Below, in pieces: positions 11,245 through 24,749 of a stretch of DNA of 64,000 nt. A program made the position numbers and the translations under genes. Under the pieces are notes generated by a model, which saw only the letters and a list, made by a program, of their open reading frames with translations, ran no database searches and had not been told where the DNA came from. Origin of the DNA: Minutocellus sp. GHC0000111 (lineage: Eukaryota); NCBI GenBank assembly GCA_977018835.1, contig OZ361258.1, positions 248,001 through 312,000 of the forward strand, written 5' to 3'. Within the stretch, counting starts at the first letter, position 1. Every line of letters starts with the position of its first letter.

Positions 11245-11856
11245 CCGGTGCTCTTGTTGGCTTTCTAGCTCGAGCTAGAGCTGCGCAGTAGCAACAGGGC
11301 GGGTGAACGGCCTCGTGCGCATCTGCTTCTTGCTGTGCATGGTGGCAGCAACGAAAAGGGAACCGGCATCAGCATGTCATGCGCATGCGCATGTCGTCCT
11401 GTCCTGTCCTCGGCCGGCAGTTGAGGGGCGCTTTCCTCCTAAAATTCCGCGCATCATTTGGTCGAGCGAGTCAAAATACTGTAAGGGGTTTGAGTTTGAG
11501 CACAAAAAGGGGATCCCACCCCCATGTGAAGAAGCACATACACCTAAGCTTGCGTTTGAGACGGCCCGTGCCGCAACATAACAAGCGCCAAATCCAGCAC
11601 ATCTCGTGATCTCGTGATCGTGCCCCCTCCACCGACGGGAAGATACGCGCGGTACCGCCAGCACGGAAAAGACATAGGGCACCCCTACCTCGCAGCTGAA
11701 TTGTGCCCCATCATCCGATCCCATCCCGGGTGGCATCTGGTGATCGGGAACTTTGGTCTTCCTTGCAACGGATTCCTACCACTTGGATACGATAAAACAA
11801 TCAAAATTCAATCGGAACCGAACGAGAAGGGAAGGTCAAGGAAGAGCCTCGGAGCA

Positions 11857-14165
11857 ATGGTCAAACCCGCCACGAGGACCGGCCTGACCGCCAAGGCAAA
11901 TGCCGCGGAGGCGTCTGATGAGGTGCCAAGCACGATAAATGGCGGAGAACAGACTCGAATCACCACCGGCGTTAGCAAGAGCCAACGGCCTCCGGGCATC
12001 TATCCCAAACCGAGCGGCAGGTGGTTCGCCCAGGTCCGACGGGAGGGGAAGAACCAGTACCTCGGCACGTACGCCACGATCGACCAAGCCGTCGCTGCTC
12101 AGTCCGACTTTCTCCAGCAGCTCGACCGGGGAATTTCCGTCGACGATGCCAAATCGAACGTGTATACGCCGATCGACACTGCGAGTCAGGGGGCGAAGGA
12201 CACCTCCAACTCCAACGTCACGTCCGACCGTCCGTACCCCATGGGCATCTACAAGAAGCCCAGCGGCAGGTGGCAGGCCGGCATCCGGCACGGGGGCAAG
12301 GCTCACCATCTGGGCACCTTCGATACCATGGAGGAGGCCATTGCCGCCCGCGGCCAGGCCAAGATGCGGTTTGAGAAAAAAGACCAGGCAAAGGCCGAGT
12401 CAACCAAGATGGCCAAGGCCGACGAGTCAGTTGGCCAGAGTCGAAAGTCGGACGGAGGAGTCAAACGACCGTATGAAGATATACCCTCCGAGGATGGCTC
12501 GCAGCCCAACGATCCGTGCACCGACGCCACGTCGGTCATGAGCGACGAAAGTGCTCACAACGTTGCCAAGTCCGAGGAGGGTGGTACCACCAGCAGCATC
12601 GGCGCCAAGGCCGTTACCGACCCCGACGCGCACACAGACACATTTCCATCCGCCGACACTAACACGGCCAGGCGCCACAGCAAGCGCCGTCCGAAGCGGT
12701 CCAAGATTGACATCATGGAGGAGTTCGAGGCCAAGTCGGAGCAGTGCCAGGTGCGGAGGGTTGCTCACGCGAAAGCAGACGATGCCGAGGAGGAGGAGGA
12801 TGTGTCTACGGTCGATGATGAAGCGGGTATAATGGAGGATGCGGCTTCGGATACCAAGAGTGGTTGGAGGGAGGCCATCGATAAGTCCACCGGCAAGCCG
12901 TACTACTATAACACTGCCACGAACGAGGTTACATGGGACAAGCCCACCAGTCTGTGTGATGCAGTCAATCGCAAGTCGGTGGGCCACGGGGGCAAGCCTG
13001 TCCGTCAAGTGGGCATTACTCTGCGTCAAGATCAGGGAAAATGGGAGGCAAGGACCTCCATTGGACAGTGCAAGTCGAAATACATTGGAATGTTTGCGAG
13101 TGCCGAAGATGCGAAAACGGCGTATGATATTGTACGAAACGCCCTCTACGAATGCAATCTTCCCATGGACGATATGGAAGGACGCTACGTTATTTTTGAG
13201 GCTGCAAAAGCTGAAGCGTTGGAGGCTGTTTCCGACCAACGAGCTACGGTCCCAGCGGAGCTAGCGAAGATGGAGGAATCAGAGAACGAAGATTACAGTT
13301 CTGACGAAGAAGATATCGGCGAGGATGGCAAGTGGAGAGAAGCTTTCGACAAATCGTCAGGCAAGCCCTATTACTATCACGTTGTTACCAAGGAGGTTAC
13401 CTGGGAGAAACCCGCTTGCTTTGGTGCACTGCCCCTGTCGTCATTGAAGATGTCGGACGATGGGCGGAATCAGCATTCAGGAGCCTCTGGAAAAGGACAT
13501 CCGAAGTGCATTTATCCAAAACCTGACGGAAAATGGGTGGTGCAGGTAAAAGGTATGTATTTTGGTACCTTTTACTCCCTGGAAGAGGCATTGGTGGCAC
13601 GTGACGCTGCTTTCGCTGACACCGCTGATTACACGATGAAACGTCCGGCCACTAACAAGAAGAAGTTCAAGAAGGAGAAGATTACAGCCAGCCAAAACCA
13701 CCAAAATCACAACTCCACGTGGACTGAAGAAGAGGACCAACGCCTTCGCGACCTTGTTGCACAGCAGCAACAGAATCGGAAATCCATTAGTTGGAGTGCA
13801 GTTGCCAAGGAGTACGGCTCGTCGCGCACTTCCAAGCAGCTGCGAGAGAGGTGGCTCAATATCCTTGACCCTACTGTGAAACGCGGAGATTGGACCGAGG
13901 AGGAAACTGCCCTTGCGATTCGTCTGCAGAAAGAAATCGGAAACAGGTAAATAAATGATGTTGCCTCAATTCATGCATATTATCGAATAATGCGTTCTCT
14001 CACAAATTCATAACTTCTCTACCTTTTTCCACCTATGAATCGAACAGTTGGGCCAAAATAGCAGCTGAGCTCCCTGGCCGCACTGCCAATTGCGTCAAGA
14101 ATAAGTGGCATGGTAGCAAGAAGCTACGACGTGAGTCCCAAGGTACCCATCAGCGCGTTGCTTAG
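11857..14165 (+). CDS. Transcription-factor-like protein: 4 AP2-like, 2 WW and R2R3-Myb domains
   Basis: AP2-like GIYPKPSGRWFAQV...YLGTYAT and GIYKKPSGRWQAGI...HLGTFDT. WW GWREAIDKSTGKPYYYN...TWDKP and a second similar copy. Myb WTEEED...KQLRERWLNILDP. Removing intron 13947-14047 completes R3 (GNSWAKIAAELPGRTANCVKNKW). The 3' end could be longer if GTGAGT at 14131 is a donor. Confidence 0.85.
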
Positions 14166-14841
14166 CAATATTACTACATGTCCTTGCTCGAGGAGTCGAT
14201 GTGGTATCTGATCTATGATATTGATGATACGATGGTATTCCATTTGGGTATGAGGTTGCACGCTGTACTAGTGGTCTCATCATTCTCCAGAACCGTCGTG
14301 CTGGCATCAACGCTAATGAAAACCAGCCGCGAAGAAGATGGAGGCGAATTGGAAGTTTGGCCGGCCTTGTTACAACTTTTTCCCCTTCGACGAGCTGCAA
14401 GGATATTCCTTCATAGTATGCAATGGTGAGAAGCTACACCTATAAGATCTACGCAGTTATAACTATTTCAGATATGCATCACGGTACACGTCCCGGTACA
14501 GCTGTGTACAGTGTAGCCCTCTGCTCCTCGCGGCTGCTGCCTTCCGGCTCGGCGTCCGATTACATCCGGGTCTCTTTGTCCGTGCCTTGCCGCCTCATTT
14601 TTCAGCACATCTTGTGTCAGGAAAGGATACGGAAGTCAAATTCCTGCGCTTCAATCAATACCTCGTCGCCTTGGCCCTGCCATTGCGCATCTTTTCCTTC
14701 ATCATATTGAAATTTGCATAAAATCGATTTCGTTTGGCCAGCGCATATCAATTCGGCTCAATAATTCTCAGTTCCAAGCAAACGACGCCAACCTTTTGTG
14801 CGGAAGGTTGTAGACGCGAGGGCTGCTACTCGTAGGTAATC

Positions 14842-17245
14842 ATGGATGCTTTCGGCAAAAGCACTGGCCGCCTGCCGTCGGGGTCATTCTCAACATTGGC
14901 TGCGACGAAAGCAAGTCCCCCAGCGTTTCTGAAGGCAAGTCTGGCCGGTACTAATAATCGCGGCGGAACGTCTCAGGCTAGTGCGGGTGCCACCGGTGCA
15001 TTCGCCGACGGCTGTCAGAGCGGAGATAAAATCAGTACTGCCACCGTCGCAGCACCTAAGCAGGTGCCGGCAGTGACGGCAACGTAGCAAAAAGATACTT
15101 CGCCCCTCAATAGTGAGTGGAGGATGGCCATCGACCTCTCATCGTTCAGGCCATACTACTACCACACTGTCACCAACGAGGTTACCTGGGACAAACCAAT
15201 GACTGCTAGAAGCGGCAAGGAATTCGATCATGGAATTTGGGCCGAGGCTGTGGACGAATCTACTGGACGGTTTTACTACTATCATACCATTACTGGACAA
15301 GTAACGTGGGTGAATCCTTTTGCGTTTGCGCAGCAGAACTCTTTGAAGAAGTTGATGAAACAAATCTCTCGCAGCGTTCCTCACGGCACCTTACTCGGCA
15401 GTGATCCGTCCCAACCCAATGGCATCACTCCATTCAGAGGCATTGCGCCGATTGGAGCATCCGGGAAGTGGAAGGCAAAGACAAGTGTTCTTGGCAAGAA
15501 CCAAACGATTGGGGAATTTAAAAATTCCGAAGCGGCGTCGATGGCGTATGAATCTGTCAGGTTGGCATTGGATCGATCGGAACTTCTATCCAACGACCCC
15601 ATCCGTCTTGAAATATTTGAAGCCGCAAGAGTCGAGGCAAGAGACAATGCAATGGTGATGGGTTGTCTAGAGGTATCCAAGCCAGTAGTCCCTCTTTCTC
15701 TCCCTCTTCAGACCACTGCAGGCTCCAAGAGGAAGGTCGGGCCAGATTCCAAGTCTGAGCAAGTTCCGAAAAGGGTTTACAAGAGTAGGGCGAACAAAAA
15801 ATCTGGTCTGCCAAAAGGAGTCTACATGTTCAATTCAAAACAGGGCGCCAGATACCAGGCTAAAGTGTTTGTTGTGAAGAAGGATCGAACAATTGGCACG
15901 TACGATACTTCTAAGGAAGCCGAGGTAGCATATCAATATGTCCGCAGGATTCTTGATGAATCAGATCTGCCCCCTTTGGACGAGGATCGAATCGCATTAT
16001 TCGAAGGGGCTAAGGACAAGGTTGGGAACAAATCAACCGGCGCATTCCAGAAGGGGGTTTATCAGAACAAAACGACTGGGAATTGGTGTGCACAGATCTC
16101 AGTGAATTGCAAACTGCGGACCATTGGTACGTTTGTATCTTCCGAGGACGCTTCTCATGCATATGAAATAGTTGCGAAAGCTCTTGACAAGTCTGGACTC
16201 TCCAGACAGGACAAAAAAGCCGTGGAAATTTTTGGGATGGCGAGAATCCAGGCACGAGGATCTTTGCCGCCGGTTGAGAACTTACCACGCGGGGTTACAA
16301 AACACACATCTTCGGGCTCGATATCTGGCAAAGACTGTTACAGTGGGCCGTTCAATACTGCCGGAGAAGCTCAACGTATGAGTATGGTTCGGCCTACTAG
16401 TCTTTCCAAAAGACCTACCGGTATTTCACAAAGGAAATCGGGAAAATGGGAGGTGCAGATTAGTGTTGTTGGCAGGACCAAGCACATTGGATTGTTTGAT
16501 AGTATTGGAGCGGCTATAGAGGCGCGCGAAACTGTTCAAGCAGCCCTTGCAGAATGCGGTCTTTCACCAAATGATCCAAAGCGTTTTTGATGTCCTAGAA
16601 TCTGCAAGAAATGAGTTAGGGCCAGGTAAGCGCATCGCTTTGAAAAAGGATCAGCTACCTACTGGTGTCTTCAAAAATGGCGATCGGTTCAAGGCGCAGA
16701 TAGGTATATCCGGCAAAACCCGTTGTATTGGAAATTTTAGCACTGTTGATGAAGCTAGCATTGCTTATGAATCTGTTGCGAAGGAGCGTGTTGATGTCGG
16801 GGCCGCCAAAGATGACGAAGAATTTGATGCTAGATTCAAATCTGCTCAGACGAAAGCCATTGCTGCTGCCGCTCAGGCGAGCTCTACAAGTCTCGGTCAG
16901 CTTACGTCTGATGTTGCTGTAGGACCAAAGAGGAAGGCAGGATCCGATGTGTCCGAGCGATCAAAGAAGGAGAATGGTTGGGGTTGGAAGGCAGGTGGTC
17001 TTCCGACCGGTATTACGTACGCCGGAACAAGCAAATTCGATGCCGATATTTCTGAGAATAACAAAAAACGACACATTGGTTCCTTCGAAAAACTCGAGGA
17101 GGCTGTGGCTGCATATCAATTTGTCGAAGAAGCGCTTGAAGACTCAGGTTTTCCTCCCTCGGATGATGGTCGCATTACCGTCTTTGAAAAAACCAAAGAA
17201 AGGGTTCGAAATGCTTCAACGAATATCGCAGTGTCCGATGCTTGA
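14842..17245 (+). CDS. 2 WW plus ~7 AP2-like repeat protein; disrupted as assembled
   Basis: WW SEWRMAID...YYYH...TWDKP and WAEAVDE...TWVNP. Repeated PxGV...W/Y/F-x-A-x-I...IGxF units. In-frame TAG 15085-15087 and an extra T in a T-run at ~16586 join three ORFs into one. Confidence 0.8.
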
Positions 17246-17445
17246 ACAGGAATCGTAGACTTTTGGCTGGATGGCCGATCGTCATGACTTTGAAGAAGAA
17301 GAAGAAGATAAACAAGAAGACGATTACTCGAGCGTTTCAATCAATGAATTTTTTGTTAAGTTGCTTCAGTATTATTGTTTAGTTGATTCGGTATCATTAG
17401 AAGTCTTTATAACATATACAAGTGCAATAAGTTGCTTTGATTCAT

Positions 17446-20400
17446 CTACTTGAGCATATCCGACATATATGACTGGCTTGCCAGAATCGAGTTACTCTCC
17501 ATTGAAACCACACCATAAATGGTTGATCCCTGCGACTGGATCTGAGCCAGCTGACCCTCTAGTTCTCTGGCTTCCCGTTCCAGTGCACTCTCATCATCGA
17601 TCTCTCCGTCGTCAACATTTACAATGTGCTCCTCTTCCTCGTCATCATCATTTGCCAGACTCGTGGCATGCTTGAGCAAGCAACCCGATCTCGAAAAGTC
17701 ACTGTGATCCGCAGATTCTTCCGAGCCGTCGTGGCTACTATTAGGGCTGTCCCTGCCGGCGAGACTCGGCATCTTTCGGAGGGCAGTTTGTCCCTCTTCA
17801 ATCAGCTCTTCGGTAGTAAGGGTCTCAACTGGGACGCCGTACGGGTCCTCTGAAAAATTGTTCTCAAGTGTATAGGGCGCATCATCTCCAGTAGGAGCTG
17901 CAGGAAGGGGAGGGAGCGGAGGTTTGGAAAAGGATGATTTGATCCCACCATCAGAAGACATGCATCTAAGTGATGGGGTGTGGGGCAAAGGCTCGGTGGA
18001 GGCATCGGCCTTCTTCGGAGTCTCTGGTGCTTGAGCAGGCCCCTTAGTGTGCTCTGTTTTAGCGAGAGCTGGCGCTGACGCTTCCGATGCTTTTGCAAGA
18101 GCTCGTTCGGCCCATTCCAGTGCATCGGTCTGAGTTTGCGTCATCGAGGTCGAAGCAGGAGGAGCAGGAGTAGGCTGTGCCTGTTCAGAGGTATGACCAA
18201 CGTATGGGGACATGGGGAGAGGTACCTCGGCAGCAGCGCTTGGACGGGCTGGGCTCAAAGGACAAACAGCCGGAGGTGGGACGGCCGTCTCTTGAATGAT
18301 GGTGCCCCGAGCTGCAGTACTACTGCTACTCGACGTATTAGCGCCGGTGAGTGCGTTGATATTGACCTTGCTCCTTGAAAGAGCGGCATCTCGCTCCCGC
18401 CTTAGTTTCTCGAGTTCTGCCTTGTAATCCATTTTGTCCGAGGCGGTGGAAGTAGAGAGGGTGGGAGAAGTCGTCACTGGAGGCAATACTGGCGCCAAAG
18501 TCCGGGCGTACGCGGCCAGATCCGCCTGGGCCCTTGCCTCTCGTCCAGTAGAAGGCCTTGCTGCGCCTCCACCCAGCTCGGATTCCTTGAGCGCCCTCAA
18601 ACTCTCCTTCTGCATCCTCACACTAAGCAACAGTTCCTCCCTTCTGGCCGTGACCGCCCGCATCTCCTCCTCTTGCTTGCGAACAGCCTCCATCATGGTC
18701 CGGCGCTGCTCGTAGCTCTGCTCAATATCCTCGGCATGACGGGCCAATATCTTGACGATATCTCCCCGCTCCCTCCGGGCCTGCTCAATCTTGGCGGTTT
18801 GCGATGACGCATCCTCCACCAGCTGCCGCTGCACATCCAGCCCACGGAGCATGCTGGCCTCGTGCTCGGCAGCCGTGGCGACGATGCGATCCTGCTCGGC
18901 CACCATGGCCTCCAGGGCGCGTCCGATGCTGCTCAAGCGATACGTAAGGCGATCGACATCGACCTGAAGGTTGGACTTGGTCTGCTCCAGCTCGGCCACC
19001 TGGCGCCGGTACACCTCCTCGACCTGGCCGTTGGCGTCCTTGATCTCCATTAGCTGCCGGGCCAAATCGGTCACCTGCGCCACCAAGCTCTGCTCGGTCA
19101 AGTCGTGCGTGGCGATCTTGTCCTCCATCCTGGCCACGTCTTTGCGGGCCTGGACCAGCTCCCCCTCCATATCCAGGAGGGCCGCGTCCGTCTCGGCCCG
19201 CTCGGCGTCGTGGTCGGCCAGAACCTTGGTATGCTGCACGCTCTGCTCGAGGAGGTTCTGCCGGACCGTCTTGAGCTCGCCCTCCAGCTCCCGGCAGCTG
19301 GCCTTGAGCTGCATGTTGTCCGCCAACGCGGCGTCGCGCTCCTGCTCCAGGAAGCTGCCCCTGCCGGCCCGCTCGGCCTCCAGCTCGCGCACCTGCACCT
19401 GCAGGGCGTGGACCTGGTCGTTGAGCGACTGCTCCCGCTCCTCCTTGGCCTTGAGCCGTTCCTCCAGCTCGGCCACGTGGTCGGCCAAAACGGCCGCATC
19501 GTCGACCTTTTGATCCAGCTCATCTTGCATCGTTTGCGCCCTCCGTTCGAGGTCGGTGTTGGACTGCGACGCAAACGATTTGGCCTGGTGCAATTCGGCG
19601 GTCGACTGGTGTTGGAGGTGGGACAGCTGGGCCCGGTGGGTCTGCTCGAGGTGGGCGATGCGGGCCTCGCACGCTGTTGGTCAGTCCGGCATTGCTGCCA
19701 CTGCCATTGCCACCATTGCCGTTGGTATTCACACCGGCCGACCAGCTGGCCCCGGCCACGGCGTAGTACTCCTTGCCCCTGTCCAACAATTCCACAAAGT
19801 CCTCGCGATGCTCGCTCCGGCTCGACCTGGCCAGCACCATGGGGGTCCGTCCCTTGCGATCCTCGACGTCGACGCTGTTTGGATGCGCCACCAGCAGCAG
19901 CTTGACGGTTTGGGGGGACGAACCGTTGCGAAAGGCCAGGTGGAGGGGCAGCATCCCCTGATCGTCGGGAGAGGCGGCCCCCAGCGGGTAGGAGCAGAGG
20001 AGGGCCGAGATGACGTACGGGGGGGCGCGGAAGATGACCGCCGCGTGGAGGGGGAGGAGGCGCCACCGGAGCTTGCGCTTGGCGCTGCCGGCGGAGTCTG
20101 GAGAGGAGGCGTCGTTGGGAGGAGAGGACTTCTCGTACCGGCTGATCCAGGTGGAGCATTCCGCTAGGTGGGTTTGGGCCCGGTCGGCCGCGACGTCCCA
20201 CCGCTTGGCCTGGAGGGACAGGTACAGCTGCGTCGGGTTGACGTCAAAGTTGCACTCGAGGGAATCGTGTGGGGATCTACCAACGTCGCTACTGCTGTTG
20301 GCACTGCCGTTGGGATGGTGGGAAGTTGGGTGGCCAAACGACGATTTCAGAATGCCCGCTGGCTCCTCACGGACGTTGGTTCCTGCCGAACGAACGTGGT

Positions 20401-20608
20401 TGGTCCTCGGACGCGAAGGAATCGATGCGTTGGGATCGCTATTGGTGCCATTGATGCCCGCGCCACGAGGAGACGATGCGGGCGATCCATTGTAAGCGCA
20501 GCCCTCGTCGTCATCAGTGGTGTTTTGGGCGCTGGCGGGTCCGCCGCACCGCGCCGCCAATATGCCGGAATACACCGTCGGCTCGTCGGGGTTGACCGCT
20601 CGGACCAT
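17446..20608 (-). CDS. Ankyrin-like plus long coiled-coil protein; frameshift ~19680
   Basis: PTQLY...LRWRLLPLHAAVIF...DDQGMLPLHLAFRN...DRKGRTP, then the alternative frame reads ACEARIAHLEQ... into a 715-aa ORF with a long coiled-coil stretch. Confidence 0.8.
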
Positions 20609-21360
20609 GACTGGTATGTTTTGTTTGGACGTTTGGACCCGAGAAAGTCAATAAAGTTGTGGAAGCCCTGCGTTGAATCGACGGGGAAGGGACACGATCA
20701 ACAAATATTGTCTTTTGCGGTCGCTGTTGAGCGCGGTCGGATTCGATCAAAGCGATGCCACGATTTCACCAAAGTGAGGGGGCTACTTTGGGCGGGCAAG
20801 CGGGGCCGGCGTCTTGGCCAGAAGCAGGCGTATCTTCTGCTGCTTTTCGAACCCAAGCAAACAAACCGATGCAAATGCTCAGCCTAAGATAAGCAACGGC
20901 TGCCGAATGCAAAGGAATGGAGGCAGTTGATTCCATGAAATGAAGGAGAAAAGGAAATGAAGGAAGGGGGTGCCGTTGAGTAGGCGCATCACGTGTCCGA
21001 AATGCGTTGAGTTGCTCTGCATGCTATGCTGGCATGTCGTGGAGGAAAGGCGCGGCCGGCTCGCCTACGTAGGAATCAGTATTTATATACTTTTTCTACG
21101 CACGGATTTTTTTGAATGGCAGGGCCGGACCGACCGCAACCCGCCTTCGCTTCCCCAAGAATCCAATAATCCTGAACATCAATCTCTTGTCTCTCGACTG
21201 GCTGGCTGGCTGGCTGGCTGGCTGCTGCTGCGTCTTAGATCTACGAATTGCAACTGCCTTCTTACAGCATCCCATCTGCAATTGTTTCGCAGGCTTGCGG
21301 AAATTCCCTGTGCCTACATCGATCTACTACCAGTGACGAACGCACCGTCTCTCGCATTTC

Positions 21361-22003
21361 ATGCGTTCGTTAACAGTGCTATGCCTCGCTCTCATTGCGG
21401 CAGTACTCTCCAAGTCCACCGACGCCTTCCTCGTACCAACCGGCAGTGTTGGTGGAACCAAATCACCGACCTTTCCATCCTTAGCACACAGTCGTCGCTC
21501 CGCTTCTACCCAATCCAGCCCCATCGTATTATCGGCTGGATTCTTTGGTGGTGGCGGCGGCGGCAACAATCAAAACCAAAACAGCCAAGACCGGCAGCGA
21601 GCACCCGGCGGGGAAAAGATATCCAAGGAACGGAGGGCACAGCTGGGCATCAACGCCGACGAGGACGAATACGATCTTTACTATGCTCTCGACCAGAATA
21701 CAGATCCCATCATTACCAAGGTCATCGCCGGATCGTTCATACTCGTCATGATTGCCCTGTTGGTCTACGCGGTGGTAATTCCCAGCCTGACGGTATATGA
21801 CGAGGGTTTTTGTAGGTGAGTGGAGCTGGATTGTCGGATGGGCATTGTCTTCTGTGGGGCTGTGGCCTTCTTGATGATGTGTCTTACGTTTTGGATCTAA
21901 TCGTTTCCATAATCCTCATGTTCGGTGCTTTGTCCGTAACTTCATCATGTCCCTCATACCTCGTTACAAATGTAGCCCAATTCAGAACGCTGGACGGTGC
22001 TAG
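21361..22003 (+). CDS. Small putative plastid-targeted membrane protein, 2 exons
   Basis: Signal peptide MRSLTVLCLALIAAVLSKSTDA-F, Ser/Thr transit-like region, one TM helix. Intron 21816-21975 gives the C-terminus EGFCSPIQNAGRC*. Confidence 0.75.
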
Positions 22004-22566
22004 CTCGCCGGCGAAGTAAACCTACGTAGCTTTCTCAGTACCTCGTCCAGCGTTCCTCAAGTCTCCCCCTTCTTTACTAGTAGTATGTGAGCGCATGGGG
22101 TTTCCAATGTACAAATCACATTTTGTCTAGTATGCGCGCGTCAGCGCCAGTGTACATGTACGCAGGCGAAATGGAAATTACATTGCGAATGCGTTTTACC
22201 TGTTTTTATCTAATGTGTCGTCGATCACAAAAATTACGCGCGGGCGTCGGTAGACATACCGGCACATGCGCCAGAATTTAAACAAAGCATACCTTCAGCT
22301 GCTGCTCCTCTCCATACATGTAATGCAATTTAATTTAATCACTATCTAGCTAGATGGTTACCATGTTACCACCACTTGTAGCTCAATCCACTGCCCAATA
22401 AAACGAAAACCAAGCATGCATGACATTTGAGTTGTATGAAGATGGGCTCCAGGTTGTGAAAAAGCGTATCATCTGTAGCATTATCCGTGAATCAGTGCGA
22501 ATGCGGGTCTATGTGATGTGATGGGAGGAACACAATGGAACCATGATTTTACTCAGGTGACGAGAG

Positions 22567-23049
22567 TCATGCGCTCTTTGCAGCTTGGCATCCATCTTTG
22601 TTGAGGGCGACACCAGCAGCTTGGTCGGCTTCAGAGTCCCTTGTTGGGCGCCCTTCTTGTGCTTGTGTATCTGTTCCATTGCGGGTGTTTTCCGGAGTTT
22701 CACCTTGTTCCCCGATGGTAACATATTTGTTTCTTCGGCGCCTTCGAAGGTGCTTCTTGCTTGGGTTGCGATTTTCGTCGTTGGTACGGTCTCGTGAGAT
22801 GCAAAAGACGAGTGGCAACGTCGTGTTGAGTTTGTTCATACCGTCCTCCTGCACAAGGGGGGGCTGGAGCTCGGTGAAGTAAGCGAGATCAGATACCTCC
22901 AGTGATAGTGCTGTCACTTTTCTGTGCTTCTTCGAGGAAAGGGAAGAAGAAGTCAACGAGCTGGTGCCGTCTAGCTCCCCATAAATCATGATGTAATTGC
23001 TACCGGGTTGTGCGGGTGATGGAATGTCGTTGTTGCTGTTGCCGTTCAT
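22567..23049 (-). CDS. Possible hypothetical protein or gene fragment
   Basis: 160-aa ATG ORF with no recognisable motif. Confidence 0.3.
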   Translation of the reverse strand: MNGNSNNDIPSPAQPGSNYIMIYGELDGTSSLTSSSLSSKKHRKVTALSLEVSDLAYFTELQPPLVQEDGMNKLNTTLPLVFCISRDRTNDENRNPSKKHLRRRRRNKYVTIGEQGETPENTRNGTDTQAQEGRPTRDSEADQAAGVALNKDGCQAAKSA

Positions 23050-23955
23050 ATTCAGAGGTGTTTGATTTAGTTTGAGAGTAATGAATGTTTTTGAGCAGGA
23101 AGCAGAGAGAAGTGGGAGATGCCGGATTGCCGGTTGCGCTCATCACACCGAGGCATGAAGGAACATCAGACATCAGGCTGCGGGATGTTCTATGCCCCCA
23201 TATTTTTGCCCCCTGCATTTCTCAGAATAATACGTAGCTAGCTACGTAGCTAGCTCTAGCTAGAGACATACGTTTGAAAACAGATTTTGGCCTGAAGGAA
23301 CATCAGGCCGCGGGATGTCCTCTGCCCACATATTTTTTCCGTTCCCGTTGGCTTTCCTTGTAAGAGTTGTTCTAACTTAGTGAAGAAGTTATGCACAAAA
23401 CAGCTGCCTGATTTTTAAGCACAATATGAGCACAGATTCCCGGGAATGGACATTAATTATTGAGTGTTACTCTTACTAGTATCGAAGAACAAAAAACACA
23501 CGTCATGGGTGGAGTGAAGAACAGGCGGTTCCCCGTCACAGCACATTTCTAACAACGGGCATCTCAATTTGATAACGTCATCAACTCCAAACGTTTCTGC
23601 CACCAAACTATGAGATATAGGAGAATCAAGAAGAAATGCTGATTGTGACTGTTTATTGTAAGAAGAAAAACATATTTTGGGACATATTGTGACTCATAAT
23701 AGTTTAATGCCACGTCTTCATCACGATCAAATCTCAGCCGCCAGCACAGTGCGACAGCATTCGTTTTGGTTCCAGCGCAAACAGTGTCGGTGAGGAATGT
23801 GGCCAGGTGCAGACTTTGACAGTACTCAAATGCATGACACGAAGCTACGTAGATCTACTCACCTCTGCATAGTTGTTTCCAAAGAATCATTCATTGATCT
23901 TCTATCGTTGATCCATCCTTCCTTTGTTTGCTACACTGCCAACTTTTCTTCAACT

Positions 23956-24640
23956 ATGATCCGATACACCGCCGCGCCAAGTGCCCATCCTTTCGATGTC
24001 ACCATCGACCTTTCCTCGCAAGAGCGCGATTCCACTCTCATCAACTCATCACAAACTCGTCGCCAGTCTAACCCAAGACATTCTCGCCGCTCTGACCGTC
24101 GCGGTACCATGGGGTCCCCCAGCTCCAATTCTACAGGAGGTGGCGCCATATCGGTCGAATCGTCCGAAGATGCCTTTGCGTCTGATCTCATGGCCTTGGC
24201 CGATCAGGCAGAGGTCAACACTGCATCAACAATTAACGTGCCAGCAGAGAACAACGCCAGCATCTTCCTGGATCGTCAACTATCGAGCCTCACCATCGAC
24301 GATGGCTCTACAAACAGTGAAGGCACGAACGGCGAGCCCCTACTCATCAGAAAGGTGCAAAGCCAACTTCTCGACAAGCACATCCGCTCCGGTCGCATCT
24401 TTACGAGGTGGACGCAGTCGCGATCAGCTTGCCAATTCTGCCGCCGGTCAGCGCCGCATTCGCACCACCCTTTCCTTCGGTACCAACATTGGCCATCTCG
24501 CCTACGAGACCCAGGGCAGTTCGATGCCCCAGGCTATGAGCCGTAATGACTCGTGGAAAATAGAGGGTAGGGCCAATACTGCCAACAAGTCTACCAACAA
24601 GGCCGCCGTCTCTGCCGGGCGTGCTTTACTTGGCCGCTAA
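23956..24640 (+). CDS. Hypothetical Ser-rich protein; probable frameshift ~24340
   Basis: ATG 23956 (MIRYTAAPS...). Coding-like codons switch to the overlapping frame that ends at 24640. Confidence 0.4.
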
Positions 24641-24749
24641 TATGGATCATTCTACACGTGGCTAATACTGTCGTACTCAGGTTTTCGCCCTTTCATGTCG
24701 ATAAATAACTTAAAAATACATTTGAATTTAAAAGGCATATTCTATTCTT

